Position numbers and translations under genes: made by a program. The notes beneath the pieces are model-generated. The model was not told where the DNA came from, made no database searches, and was given only the letters and a program-made list of their open reading frames with translations. 64,000 bases of DNA, from the NCBI GenBank assembly GCA_041494685.1, contig JBGQBE010000003.1, positions 1 through 64,000 of the forward strand. The letters run 5' to 3'. Below, one piece after another: positions 1 through 8,256 of this stretch. Numbering within the stretch: position 1 is the first letter of the stretch; each line of letters begins with the position of its first letter. The DNA is from Dehalococcoidia bacterium. GTDB lineage: Bacteria > Chloroflexota > Dehalococcoidia > DSTF01 > JACRBR01.

Positions 1-141
1 GACGCACCTGCCCCGTATCTCCGCCATATCTCCGTCTTCTCCTGCACCGTCAACGCTGATCGGACCATCATTACCACCCCATCCTTCACGAGCAGTCTTA
101 GCCCGTTCGACGGGGTGGTGCGATCACCGCTTGAGACCGCC
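1..141 (-). mobile_element. Probable left end of an IS30-family insertion sequence: terminal IR at 141-115 plus the start of the transposase (ATG at 71, runs off the window edge)
   Basis: Minus strand reads GGCGGTCTCAAGCGGTGATCGCACCAC, resembling IS30-type IRs of high-GC bacteria. It is followed by the ORF MMVRSALTVQEKTEIWRRYGAGA.., resembling the N-terminal HTH of IS30 transposases. Only 23 codons are visible. Confidence 0.55.
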
Positions 142-256
142 GCTCATCGTGTTGGAATAAGGTGAATCGCCGGCTGATCCTCAGCCGCGTTGCGTTCGCC
201 GCGTTGCCGCAACAGGGCTTGCTTCGGGGTGCAGTTGCAGACGTGAGGTCTGGCGG

Positions 257-682
257 TCACGCGAGGTCGGCTACGCGTTCGGCGATGTCCTTGACGAGAT
301 CGACAACGGCAACGGGGCGCGCCTCGTTCCACGCCTGCACACATTGCTCGATGTCAGGTCTTGGATGCGCAGCGTCCCACAACGTCTCCGCAACGAAGTG
401 AGCGCCCCGACCAGTCTTCAGCGGCGCGATCGGTAGGACTCTCAAGATGGATCCGTAACGCAGAGTGGCATGCTCTCCGACTCGTTGGACGCTCAGCTCG
501 ATTGGTTGCACCAGATGAACCCGCCAGGAGTCGAATGCCGCCAGCCTCTCTTTGTCCGCTTGCATGAGGAGGGCCGCGCGCCATGCGGCGTCGACGGGTG
601 CCGCTCGTAGTTCATCCCCGAGGCGCGTCTGAATTTCGAGCGCCTCCAGCAATGCAGCACAGGTTTCCTCGTACGTCATCAA
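257..682 (-). CDS. hypothetical protein
   Basis: 141-aa ORF with protein-like composition in the accessory region; no recognisable motif. Confidence 0.45.
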   Translation of the reverse strand: MMTYEETCAALLEALEIQTRLGDELRAAPVDAAWRAALLMQADKERLAAFDSWRVHLVQPIELSVQRVGEHATLRYGSILRVLPIAPLKTGRGAHFVAETLWDAAHPRPDIEQCVQAWNEARPVAVVDLVKDIAERVADLA

Positions 683-808
683 GGTCGGTCCGCAGGTTGG
701 TTCGGAGTGCGCCGTCGGACACCTCTACCTGCTCCGAGAGTCGGCTCAGGCTCAGCGCAGATCGCGCGTGGCCGCGAGCGGTTCCAAGCTGTCTGCGAGC
801 CTTAATCG

Positions 809-1486
809 TTACCGGGCGGTGGCCGGCGGCACCGAAAGCGACCCGCTCGCCGTCGCGCGCGGCGCACGCTTCGGCGCTGACTGGGTGATAACGTAGCCGA
901 AGATGTACGCGCCCGTGGCGGCGACCAGCGCGAGCGACACGTAGAACACTCCGATCGCCACCGAGAAGTTCGCGTTCGACGTCAGATGGTCGACCATCCA
1001 GCTCAGATGGCTCTGCGATGCGACTTCGACCCCGAGCGTCAGTGGCGCCAGGTAGAGGACCGACCCGATCATCAAGAACCCGACGCTCAGCCGGTAATCG
1101 GCAGGGTTCTCGTCAGGGTCACGCACCATCTTGACCAGCAACGCCCACAACACGAAGACCGCGGACAACGGTGCCGTGATCGGCAGCGGGTTGTCGTGCA
1201 AGAGGTTTGGATAGAAGAAGAACAAGCTGACGATGAACGTGATGATCAGCACGCCGTCGCGGAGCAGCACGTACGAAAGCCAGAAGACATCGGCCGCGAA
1301 GCGCAGCGAGAGCTTGCGCAGCGTGCGGATGGCGTACGGCCGCATCAAGTAGAACGCGAGCGTGGCGATCCAGAACATGGGCAGCGCCGCCACGAGGGTC
1401 CCCACCATGAAGTCGCGAAAGCCGTCATGGAACGCCTGGCTAAGGGCGTTCGTCAGTTCGTCGGGGGTGAGTGCCAAGATTGTCAT
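809..1486 (-). CDS. multi-pass membrane protein of unknown function (paralog B)
   Basis: Start MTILALTPD at 1486 with a GAGGAGG RBS and an ATGA overlap with the ferredoxin stop; about 5 hydrophobic segments; clearly paralogous to 2004-2654. Confidence 0.85.
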   Translation of the reverse strand: MTILALTPDELTNALSQAFHDGFRDFMVGTLVAALPMFWIATLAFYLMRPYAIRTLRKLSLRFAADVFWLSYVLLRDGVLIITFIVSLFFFYPNLLHDNPLPITAPLSAVFVLWALLVKMVRDPDENPADYRLSVGFLMIGSVLYLAPLTLGVEVASQSHLSWMVDHLTSNANFSVAIGVFYVSLALVAATGAYIFGYVITQSAPKRAPRATASGSLSVPPATAR

Positions 1487-2004
1487 TTCGATCCTCCTCG
1501 TGGAGACTGTCCCGGCTTCGCGGGGCCTGCCGCCTTCGTCCATGTTCGCCAGACCTGCCAGGGCGCCACGCGCTTCGCGATGCGCCAGCGGAGGTCTTTG
1601 CCCCAGGGGTCGTGCGCCTCGCGCGGCTCCTGCATCTTTTTGCCTGCCCGCGTGTACGATGCCAGGGGTGCCCAACGGCCTCCGAGGTCGGGCGGCTCGA
1701 CCAGGATCGGCCCCTGCCGCGGAGCATGGGCCGGTGGCGTCGCGACCTGGCGGATCGAGATCGCCTCGGTCGGGCACTCCCGGACGCAAATCGTGCAGCC
1801 GTTACAGTGATCCACCTGGATGGGGACCGTCATCATCCAGTCAGAGACGGGAGCGCGAGACGGCGTGGCGCGCAGGAACGTGGCCTCGGGCCCGAAGCCG
1901 CGGACGCGCGTCATATCGAGCGTGTGGATCGGGCACACGTCCATGCAGATCCCGCAGTTGATGCAGGTCGCTTCCTCGACCGTGACCGCGAACTCCTTTT
2001 CCAT
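1483..2004 (-). CDS. 2x[4Fe-4S] dicluster ferredoxin with Pro/Trp-rich C-terminal extension
   Basis: Two CxxCxxCxxxCP motifs (CINCGICMDVCP, CNGCTICVRECP). Confidence 0.92.
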   Translation of the reverse strand: MEKEFAVTVEEATCINCGICMDVCPIHTLDMTRVRGFGPEATFLRATPSRAPVSDWMMTVPIQVDHCNGCTICVRECPTEAISIRQVATPPAHAPRQGPILVEPPDLGGRWAPLASYTRAGKKMQEPREAHDPWGKDLRWRIAKRVAPWQVWRTWTKAAGPAKPGQSPRGGSK

Positions 2005-2654
2005 CAGGACCTCGCGGCGCTGGTGTCCCCAGCGTCAGGCAAGTCGGCCGTCATCGCCGAGTGGAAGAACACAACATATCCAACGGCAACGAGTCCGAGT
2101 GATGCCGCGAGCGCCATGTTCACGTAGGTGAGGGCGGCCGCGAACACCGGGTGCTCTGACGAGATGAAGAGCGAACTGAAGCTGCTGATGTTGCCGAAGT
2201 CGGTCGCCTGGACACCGAGCAACGTCGGCACCAGGTACAGGACAGAGCCCAGCGCGATCAGCACGCTGACGGCGTAGAACGGGACGGGCTCATCGTCGGC
2301 GTCCCAGATGAGTTTGATCACGAGTGCTGCCAGTGCGCACACGGCCGCCACCCCGCCGGTGATCGGGAAGGCGTTCTGGATGAACGGGTCGACGAAGAAG
2401 AACTGGAAGCTCATCACAAAAATGACCACCAGCAAGAGGTCGCGGACGCTCGCGTAGGCCAGCCACCAGAGGTCGGCGCCCAGCCTGAGGCTGAATTTCG
2501 TGACGACCCGCAAGATGTACGGTCGCGCGAGGTGGATCGCGATCGCGGCGAACCACAGCATGGGTAGTGCGGCCACAACCGTTCCCTCGATGATCGATTC
2601 GCCGGAGCCCGTGATGGCGCCATATACGGCTTGGGTGACTTGATCAGGTGTCAT
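2004..2654 (-). CDS. multi-pass membrane protein of unknown function (paralog A)
   Basis: Start MTPDQV at 2654 with an AGGAGG RBS; TGATG overlap with the ferredoxin start; shares motifs with 809-1486. Confidence 0.85.
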   Translation of the reverse strand: MTPDQVTQAVYGAITGSGESIIEGTVVAALPMLWFAAIAIHLARPYILRVVTKFSLRLGADLWWLAYASVRDLLLVVIFVMSFQFFFVDPFIQNAFPITGGVAAVCALAALVIKLIWDADDEPVPFYAVSVLIALGSVLYLVPTLLGVQATDFGNISSFSSLFISSEHPVFAAALTYVNMALAASLGLVAVGYVVFFHSAMTADLPDAGDTSAARS

Positions 2655-3205
2655 ATCCTGCGCCCTCCTGTATCGAAAGATACTGGTCGAAAGGTACATG
2701 GACGTTTATATCCGCGCCCAGCTCGCGTTGAAAGCGCCGGGCGGCATGATCGGACAGGCCGTTCGGCTCCAACTCTTCTGTGCGTCTTCAAAGCAACGAT
2801 CGTGCCAACGCGAGGAGCGGCGCATCCGACGTGCGACGGCGGAGCGGATAGGGCCTGAGGACCCAGCAGCCCGTCGTAGGCCGCGCCGGAGGTGAAGTGG
2901 CGCGCGGACAGACATCACGAGAACGGATGCAATGAGCCGGAAGCCCTGCGCGGCGCGTTCGTCTACTCGAGCGGATCTTCGTACAGGGCGTGGCGAGGAT
3001 CGCCCCCATGGTGACGTACGCCGTTTCCACGGACCCTCTGAGCGGATGGTGGGCATTCGATGGCTGCGCACCGCCTCTTGGCGTGGGCTCCACGGTCCGT
3101 TGCGAGCCAACCAGCTCTTTGAGGACTCGTCTTGGAGCGCCGCGGCTATCGACTCCACATCCATTGCCGCCGGACCAACGTACTTGTGTTGTACGGAGGT
3201 GCAAT

Positions 3206-3673
3206 GTGAGCGATATCAACAAACGCGGATCGGGTGTGGTAGTGGTCGTCATCGCGCTTCTGGCAGTTGCCTGCGGCGGCAGCAGCTACGGCACGTCCAC
3301 GACGGCGAGCCTAGCAGGCTCGTCAGCCGCAAGTGGAAGTCTGCGCGTTGAGCAGATGGACTTTCGGTTCCAACCTCAAACGCTGAGTGCCGGAGCCGGC
3401 AAGGCGGCGACGATCGTGCTCGTGAACAGCGGTAGCGTGACGCACACGTTCACAATCGACGAGTTGGGTGTGGACAAGTCCGTCGCACCTGGCCAGACCG
3501 CCACGGTGAGCTTCACTCCCACCAAAGGAGGTGATCTCACGTTCTACTGCCGCTTCCACCGTGGCTCAGGGATGACGGGCACCCTCAGGGTCTCCGGTGC
3601 TGCCAGCGTCGCGCCCGCGAAGGCGACGCCGTCTTCTAGCGGCGGAGGTTCCAGCGGAAGCTACGGCTACTAG
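3206..3673 (+). CDS. cupredoxin-domain lipoprotein (type-1 copper site)
   Basis: GTG start after GGAGGT; lipobox LAVAC; copper ligands H(TFT)...C-RF-H-RGSG-M. Confidence 0.85.
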   Translation: MSDINKRGSGVVVVVIALLAVACGGSSYGTSTTASLAGSSAASGSLRVEQMDFRFQPQTLSAGAGKAATIVLVNSGSVTHTFTIDELGVDKSVAPGQTATVSFTPTKGGDLTFYCRFHRGSGMTGTLRVSGAASVAPAKATPSSSGGGSSGSYGY

Positions 3674-3800
3674 GTCACGCACCATGAGGTTCTCTGTACT
3701 GTAGGCTCTGTGCGCGGCGGACGGCTGACCGACTATGAGGTGGCGGCGCAACAGGATTGGAACACGGCGTGGGAGTCCTCTATCAGGGACCGATGCGGTT

Positions 3801-3848
3801 CTTCGGGAACCGAGGGTCGGGGTTCGAATCCCTCCGGGCGTGCCGCTT
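3801..3848 (+). pseudogene. 3' half of tRNA-Arg(UCG), att-like remnant copy 1
   Basis: CTTCGGGAACCGAGGGTCGGGGTTCGAATCCCTCCGGGCGTGCC contains the anticodon loop, T-arm (TTCGAAT) and 3' acceptor strand; no 5' acceptor strand or D-arm upstream. Confidence 0.8.
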
Positions 3849-4021
3849 TTCAGGATCGAAACAAGGCCGCATACACGCCGGATCGGCGATCGCCGTATTC
3901 TCGTTCGGATTGCGGGTGAACAGAGATCATTGCTGGACGACCCACCAAGTCAGACGACGCCGCGCCATCTGCCATGCGTCGCGCGCGCCACGGCGTACTA
4001 GCGGGGTGCGCGGCTCGTCGC

Positions 4022-4909
4022 TCAGGCGACGGCGCTGCGGAACCGGCGCGTCGCAAAGGTCATCGTCACGGTGGCGAGGCCGAGCAGGATGGCGAGCGCG
4101 AGGAGGATGGTGACGCCGACACTGTGGTCGGTCGCCGCGGCGGGTCCGTTGAGCAGCACGCGCATGGAGTTGATGGTGTAGGTCACCGGATTGACGCGGG
4201 CCACCATCTGCATCCAGTGAGGGAGCAGGGCGATCGGCAGCTGCGCCGAGCTCGTGAAGAGCAACGGAAGCGTCAGGAAGTTGCCGAGCAGGAACGTGGC
4301 CTCGGTGCTGCGCGTCGTGAGGGCGATAAAGACGTTGAACCCCATCAACACCAGCGCGAAGAGCATCGCGATGGCCAGCGCGCCAAGGACGCCGCCGATC
4401 CCGTAGTAGAACGAGATGTGAGGCGTCTGGAAGCCGCCGATCGCCCAGCCGATGAGTACGACCAGCACGATTTGGAGCGTCATGCGTGTCAGGTCGCCAA
4501 GGATGCGTCCGAGCAGGATCGCCAGTCGATTGATCGGCGTTGTCAGGAGCTTGTCGAGGAAGCCGCTGTCGATGTCGGTAATCATGCCTACGCCGGACTG
4601 TCCGGCGCCGAAGAGGACGGACTGCAGCATCACCGTGGGGATGAAGAACTGCAGGTAGCTGACGTTGCCGAACTGCTGCGCCGCGCCCGGGAAGCGGGCG
4701 ATGCGAGAGAACATCTGGCCGAAGAGCACAAGCCAGATGAGCGGCTGGACGAGTGAGAACACGATGATGGTGGGCTGGCGGGAGAGCCGCTTCATCTGCC
4801 GGACGTACAGCGTTGCCGTCTCGCTCGCCAGCTTCGGCACGCCGCGCGGCAAGGCGCCCGCCGGCACAGGCATTGCGGCACCCGGAGCGGTGATGGTGTC
4901 CTCGCTCAT
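4022..4909 (-). CDS. ABC-2 type exporter permease (DrrB-like)
   Basis: About 6 TM segments; FLDKLLTTPINR and NPVTY motifs; downstream of the ATPase gene. Confidence 0.9.
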   Translation of the reverse strand: MSEDTITAPGAAMPVPAGALPRGVPKLASETATLYVRQMKRLSRQPTIIVFSLVQPLIWLVLFGQMFSRIARFPGAAQQFGNVSYLQFFIPTVMLQSVLFGAGQSGVGMITDIDSGFLDKLLTTPINRLAILLGRILGDLTRMTLQIVLVVLIGWAIGGFQTPHISFYYGIGGVLGALAIAMLFALVLMGFNVFIALTTRSTEATFLLGNFLTLPLLFTSSAQLPIALLPHWMQMVARVNPVTYTINSMRVLLNGPAAATDHSVGVTILLALAILLGLATVTMTFATRRFRSAVA

Positions 4910-4928
4910 GCGTGCGGTCCCTTCGGCA

Positions 4929-5966
4929 TTACGGACGGCGTCCGGCGCGCGGGCCCATGCCCGGGCGCATGAATCTCTGGTTGCGCCAGTTCTGGACCGG
5001 CGCATCTTCGCGTATCCGCTCACCGGTGTACTTGAGGAACACGTCGTCGAGCGTGGGAGACGTGAGCGTCATCTCATCGACGTAGAGCCCGGCCTCGTCG
5101 AGCGCGCGGACGATGCGGGGCAGGGAGCGCCCTCCCTCCGTTGCCGTCACGACGAGGGTCGAGCCGGACTCGCTGACGCCGCGGACGTACGGGCTGCCCT
5201 CGAGGAGCGCGGCGGCGCTGCGGCGGTCGCGCTCCGTCTGTGCGGCGTCGCCCTTGAACGTCAGGTTGATGATGCCGCCGCCGAGCTCGGCCTTCAGGCC
5301 GGCCGGGCTGCCGCTCGCGATGATCTGTCCGTGGTCGATGATCGCCAAGCGATCGCAGAGGCGGTCGGCCTCTTCGAGGTAGTGGGTGGTGAGGAAGATA
5401 GTGAGGCGCTCCCGCTTGTTGAGGTCTTCGAGGTAGCTCCAGATGCCGGCGCGGTTCTGCGGATCCAGGCCGGTCGTCGGCTCGTCGAGGAAGAGGAGCT
5501 GCGGGCGATGGATGAGCCCCGTCGCGAGGTCGAGGCGCTTTCGCATGCCGCCGGAGTACGAGCCGGCGATGCGATCGGCATCGACGGCGAGGTCGACGAG
5601 TTCGAGCAGCTCGTCGATGCGGCGGCGCAACGTCGGCGGGTCCATGTGGTAGAGGCGCCCCTGTAACTGGAGATTCTCACGGCCGGTGAGCTCGTCGTCG
5701 ACGCCGACTTCCTGAGCCGAGTAGCCGATGAGCCGCCGGATCAGGTTCGGGTCGGCGGCGACGTCGTGACCGAACACGCGGGCGGTGCCGCCGGTCGCGC
5801 GCAGGAGGGTGATGAGGATCTTGATCGTCGTCGATTTTCCGGCGCCATTCGGGCCGAGGAAGCCGAAGAATTCGCCCTCGCCGACTTCGAAGGAGATGCC
5901 GCGCACGGCCTCGGTGCCATCCGGGTACGTCTTGTAGAGGTCTTTGACTTCGATGACTGCCGTCAT
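4929..5966 (-). CDS. ABC exporter ATP-binding protein (DrrA-like)
   Basis: Walker A GPNGAGKS, signature YSGGM, Walker B LFLDEPTTGLD, TTHY. Confidence 0.95.
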   Translation of the reverse strand: MTAVIEVKDLYKTYPDGTEAVRGISFEVGEGEFFGFLGPNGAGKSTTIKILITLLRATGGTARVFGHDVAADPNLIRRLIGYSAQEVGVDDELTGRENLQLQGRLYHMDPPTLRRRIDELLELVDLAVDADRIAGSYSGGMRKRLDLATGLIHRPQLLFLDEPTTGLDPQNRAGIWSYLEDLNKRERLTIFLTTHYLEEADRLCDRLAIIDHGQIIASGSPAGLKAELGGGIINLTFKGDAAQTERDRRSAAALLEGSPYVRGVSESGSTLVVTATEGGRSLPRIVRALDEAGLYVDEMTLTSPTLDDVFLKYTGERIREDAPVQNWRNQRFMRPGMGPRAGRRP

Positions 5967-6118
5967 GCCGGCCCTTCAACGCTCGCTGGCCTGCGCGCGG
6001 CAAATCCCCGCCATCGCGGGGTGAGGCGAGAGCGCGCCGCCGTCCGGGTTGATCTTAGCGGCTGCCCGCGCATGGGGCACGGCCCGGCGCCCGGACATGC
6101 TTCGGCGGGGCGGACGGC

Positions 6119-6320
6119 TCAGGTCGTCTCGACGCAGACACCTGGCGTGTCGTTGGCGTTCCCGCTCACGTTGTCGCCCGTGACCTGTACAACACCCGCA
6201 TTGGAGAGGCAGATAGCCGACCCGCCGTTGCTGTAGATCTGGTCGTTCGCGACCGAGCCCATCGACCCATTCACGAACGAGATGCCGATCCCCCGGTTGT
6301 CGTGGATGCGTGCCGCCGGC
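6119..6320 (-). pseudogene. C-terminal fragment of a right-handed parallel beta-helix repeat protein
   Basis: IHDNRGIGI / IYSNGGSAI / VSGNAND repeats; no convincing 5' end before the AT-richer junction. Confidence 0.5.
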
Positions 6321-6531
6321 GTAATCCTCGTGTGTCCCGGTTGCTCAACGGACATGGATCTGTTGCCAGGCTGATAGCCTGGACGGCGCCGCGCGAGCGA
6401 ACTTCAGGCTGACGCGCGGGACGCTTGCCAGTTCCTACGACTTTTGGCGGTGCCCAAACTGCGGGAAGCAAATCCAAATGGAGATGAAATACCGAATCAA
6501 CAAAATGCTCGAACCATAGCGGCCCCGGCGA

Positions 6532-6555
6532 AAACAATCACCGAAACAATCACCC
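6532..6555. repeat. 12-bp tandem direct repeat AAACAATCACC(G/C) x2
   Basis: Seen directly, in an AT-rich tract about 100 bp left of the second tRNA remnant. Confidence 0.7.
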
Positions 6556-6658
6556 GATCCGCCTACCTACCCCTGACGGCACCTTGATCCGCCGTTCGTC
6601 AGATTCAAAATGCCCGATTGCACCTGACATAACACTGTCCAACCCCGTGGATCGCGTC

Positions 6659-6706
6659 CTTCGGAACTGAGGGTCGGGGGTTCGAATCCCTCCGGGCGTG
6701 CCGCTT
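6659..6706 (+). pseudogene. 3' half of tRNA-Arg(UCG), att-like remnant copy 2
   Basis: CTTCGGAACTGAGGGTCGGGGGTTCGAATCCCTCCGGGCGTGCCGCTT is near-identical to 3801-3848; no 5' half. Confidence 0.85.
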
Positions 6707-6742
6707 GCCATCCCCCCTGTGCGCTCGCCGCAGCGTCGCCAG

Positions 6743-7531
6743 TCAGGCCAGGTAGCCCAGCGCGCCGACGGTTTCCGTCCTGGCGCTCGCGCCGTCGACG
6801 GCGAATCGCACGGAGCGCGCGGCGTCGGGCACGACGCGGATCACCTGGTGCGGCGCCTGCGGCGTCACCTTGCCGGCGAAATGGCCATCGCCGTCCTTGA
6901 AGACGAGGCAGCCGACCGAGTCGGGCGCGAGGTACACGTCGAGGTCGACGGCCTTGCACGCCGGCAAGCCGGGGAAATCGACCGCCAGCTGCATGACGCC
7001 GTCGGGCCCGGCGGGGAGCAGCTTGCCCGTGAAGAAGTTCGCGACGCCGTTGAAGCGTTTCCACATCTCGTCTTCCTCCTCGATGCTCTTGAACATCGCG
7101 CACTCGGCCTCGCGGCGCCGCACGAGGCCGGGATACGTCTTGCCGTCCGTCCCTCGCACGTACTTCCGGAGTTCCGCGCAGACATCGCCGCCTGCGTTGA
7201 TCGCGGTGCGGACGGACGATCGCTCGTAGCCCTTCTGTCCGATGTTGTAGCAGAGGCTGGTGAGCGCATCGAACTGGTGCTGCGTGAGGGGTTTGGAGAG
7301 CCGTTCGACGGCGGCGGCGTACGGCTGCACCTTCTCCGTGAGCATCGCCCGGCCCTGTGCTTCGGTGATGCCGTTGAGGTACGGGGCTTCGTCCGCGCGG
7401 CCGTCGCAGTTGCCGAGATGGACGAGGAAGCCGTAGCCGATGGTGCAGTGGCCGACGGGGTCGTCGTAGAGCGTGGGCGAGAAGCCCTCGAACTCCGCGA
7501 TGAGTTTGAGCCCGGCGTCGCTCACGTCCAT
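6743..7531 (-). CDS. GH24 (phage-type) lysozyme with C-terminal accessory domain
   Basis: Catalytic E-x8-D-x5-T (FEGFSPTLYDDPVGHCTIGYG), QFDALTSLCYNIG, PGLVRRREAE; AGGAG RBS. Confidence 0.9.
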   Translation of the reverse strand: MDVSDAGLKLIAEFEGFSPTLYDDPVGHCTIGYGFLVHLGNCDGRADEAPYLNGITEAQGRAMLTEKVQPYAAAVERLSKPLTQHQFDALTSLCYNIGQKGYERSSVRTAINAGGDVCAELRKYVRGTDGKTYPGLVRRREAECAMFKSIEEEDEMWKRFNGVANFFTGKLLPAGPDGVMQLAVDFPGLPACKAVDLDVYLAPDSVGCLVFKDGDGHFAGKVTPQAPHQVIRVVPDAARSVRFAVDGASARTETVGALGYLA

Positions 7532-7666
7532 GGCACTCCTCCGCCTCATACTACGTGCCGTGTAGGCATGAGTATAGAGCCACCAGACGGATGATGTATA
7601 CGATGGTCAAGGGGGAGATTTGCATAGAGTCACCCGGCGGAAGGAGAAGGGCGCGTTCAGCACCGG

Positions 7667-7966
7667 CTAGGCGATCGCGTAGAACGCCAGGTAGGCGCAG
7701 GGGAGGAGGGCGGCGAAGACGGTGAGGGAGCGCTCGCCGAGGCGGGCGATGGTGGCGAATGCGGTCGCGCCGGAGAAGATGCCGAACGCGACGGCCGCGG
7801 CGGGCGGCGATGAGAGCGACGCGCCGGTCGCGAGGATCGCGAGGAATGCGGCGAAGAATGCGGCGGCCCACCAGCCGGGGCGGGTGTCCGGGAGCAGGTG
7901 GAGCCCGGCCTTGCCCGCGGGCATGTGCCGGTCGTCCATGTGAGATCCGTCGTGCGCGTCGTCCAT
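7667..7966 (-). CDS. small membrane protein
   Basis: 99 aa with 3 hydrophobic segments (GWWAAAFF..., GERSLTVF). Confidence 0.6.
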   Translation of the reverse strand: MDDAHDGSHMDDRHMPAGKAGLHLLPDTRPGWWAAAFFAAFLAILATGASLSSPPAAAVAFGIFSGATAFATIARLGERSLTVFAALLPCAYLAFYAIA

Positions 7967-8256
7967 GCGGTCACTGTGCGCCGGCGAGCCGAGCCGCCGG
8001 TAGTGCCGAAGGTATGGCGCCGGCACGACAGATGGCAGGGGCGACGGGCCCGCGCGATGTGACACCGCGACGTGTCGACGGCGGCCATCCGGGCCGGGCA
8101 CTCGCGGGCGGAGACGTCGAGGTCGCGGGCGCGGACGACGGGGCGCCCGCACGCATGTTACTATCGCCTCCAGGCTGCGTTTACAATTGGTAGGCTCTCG
8201 TCCCAGGTGCGCCGCGCGGCGGACCTGTCAGACATGGAGGCGGAGGACATGCTTCA

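Noticed and set aside
2700..3205. ORFs 2706-3164 and 2788-3252, and the long N-terminal extension of the cupredoxin
   Set aside because: Arg/Pro/Ser-rich without motifs; the RBS and lipobox place the cupredoxin start at 3206
3770..3848. Intact tRNA at the first remnant
   Set aside because: No 5' acceptor strand or D-arm, and no CCA; it is only a 3' half
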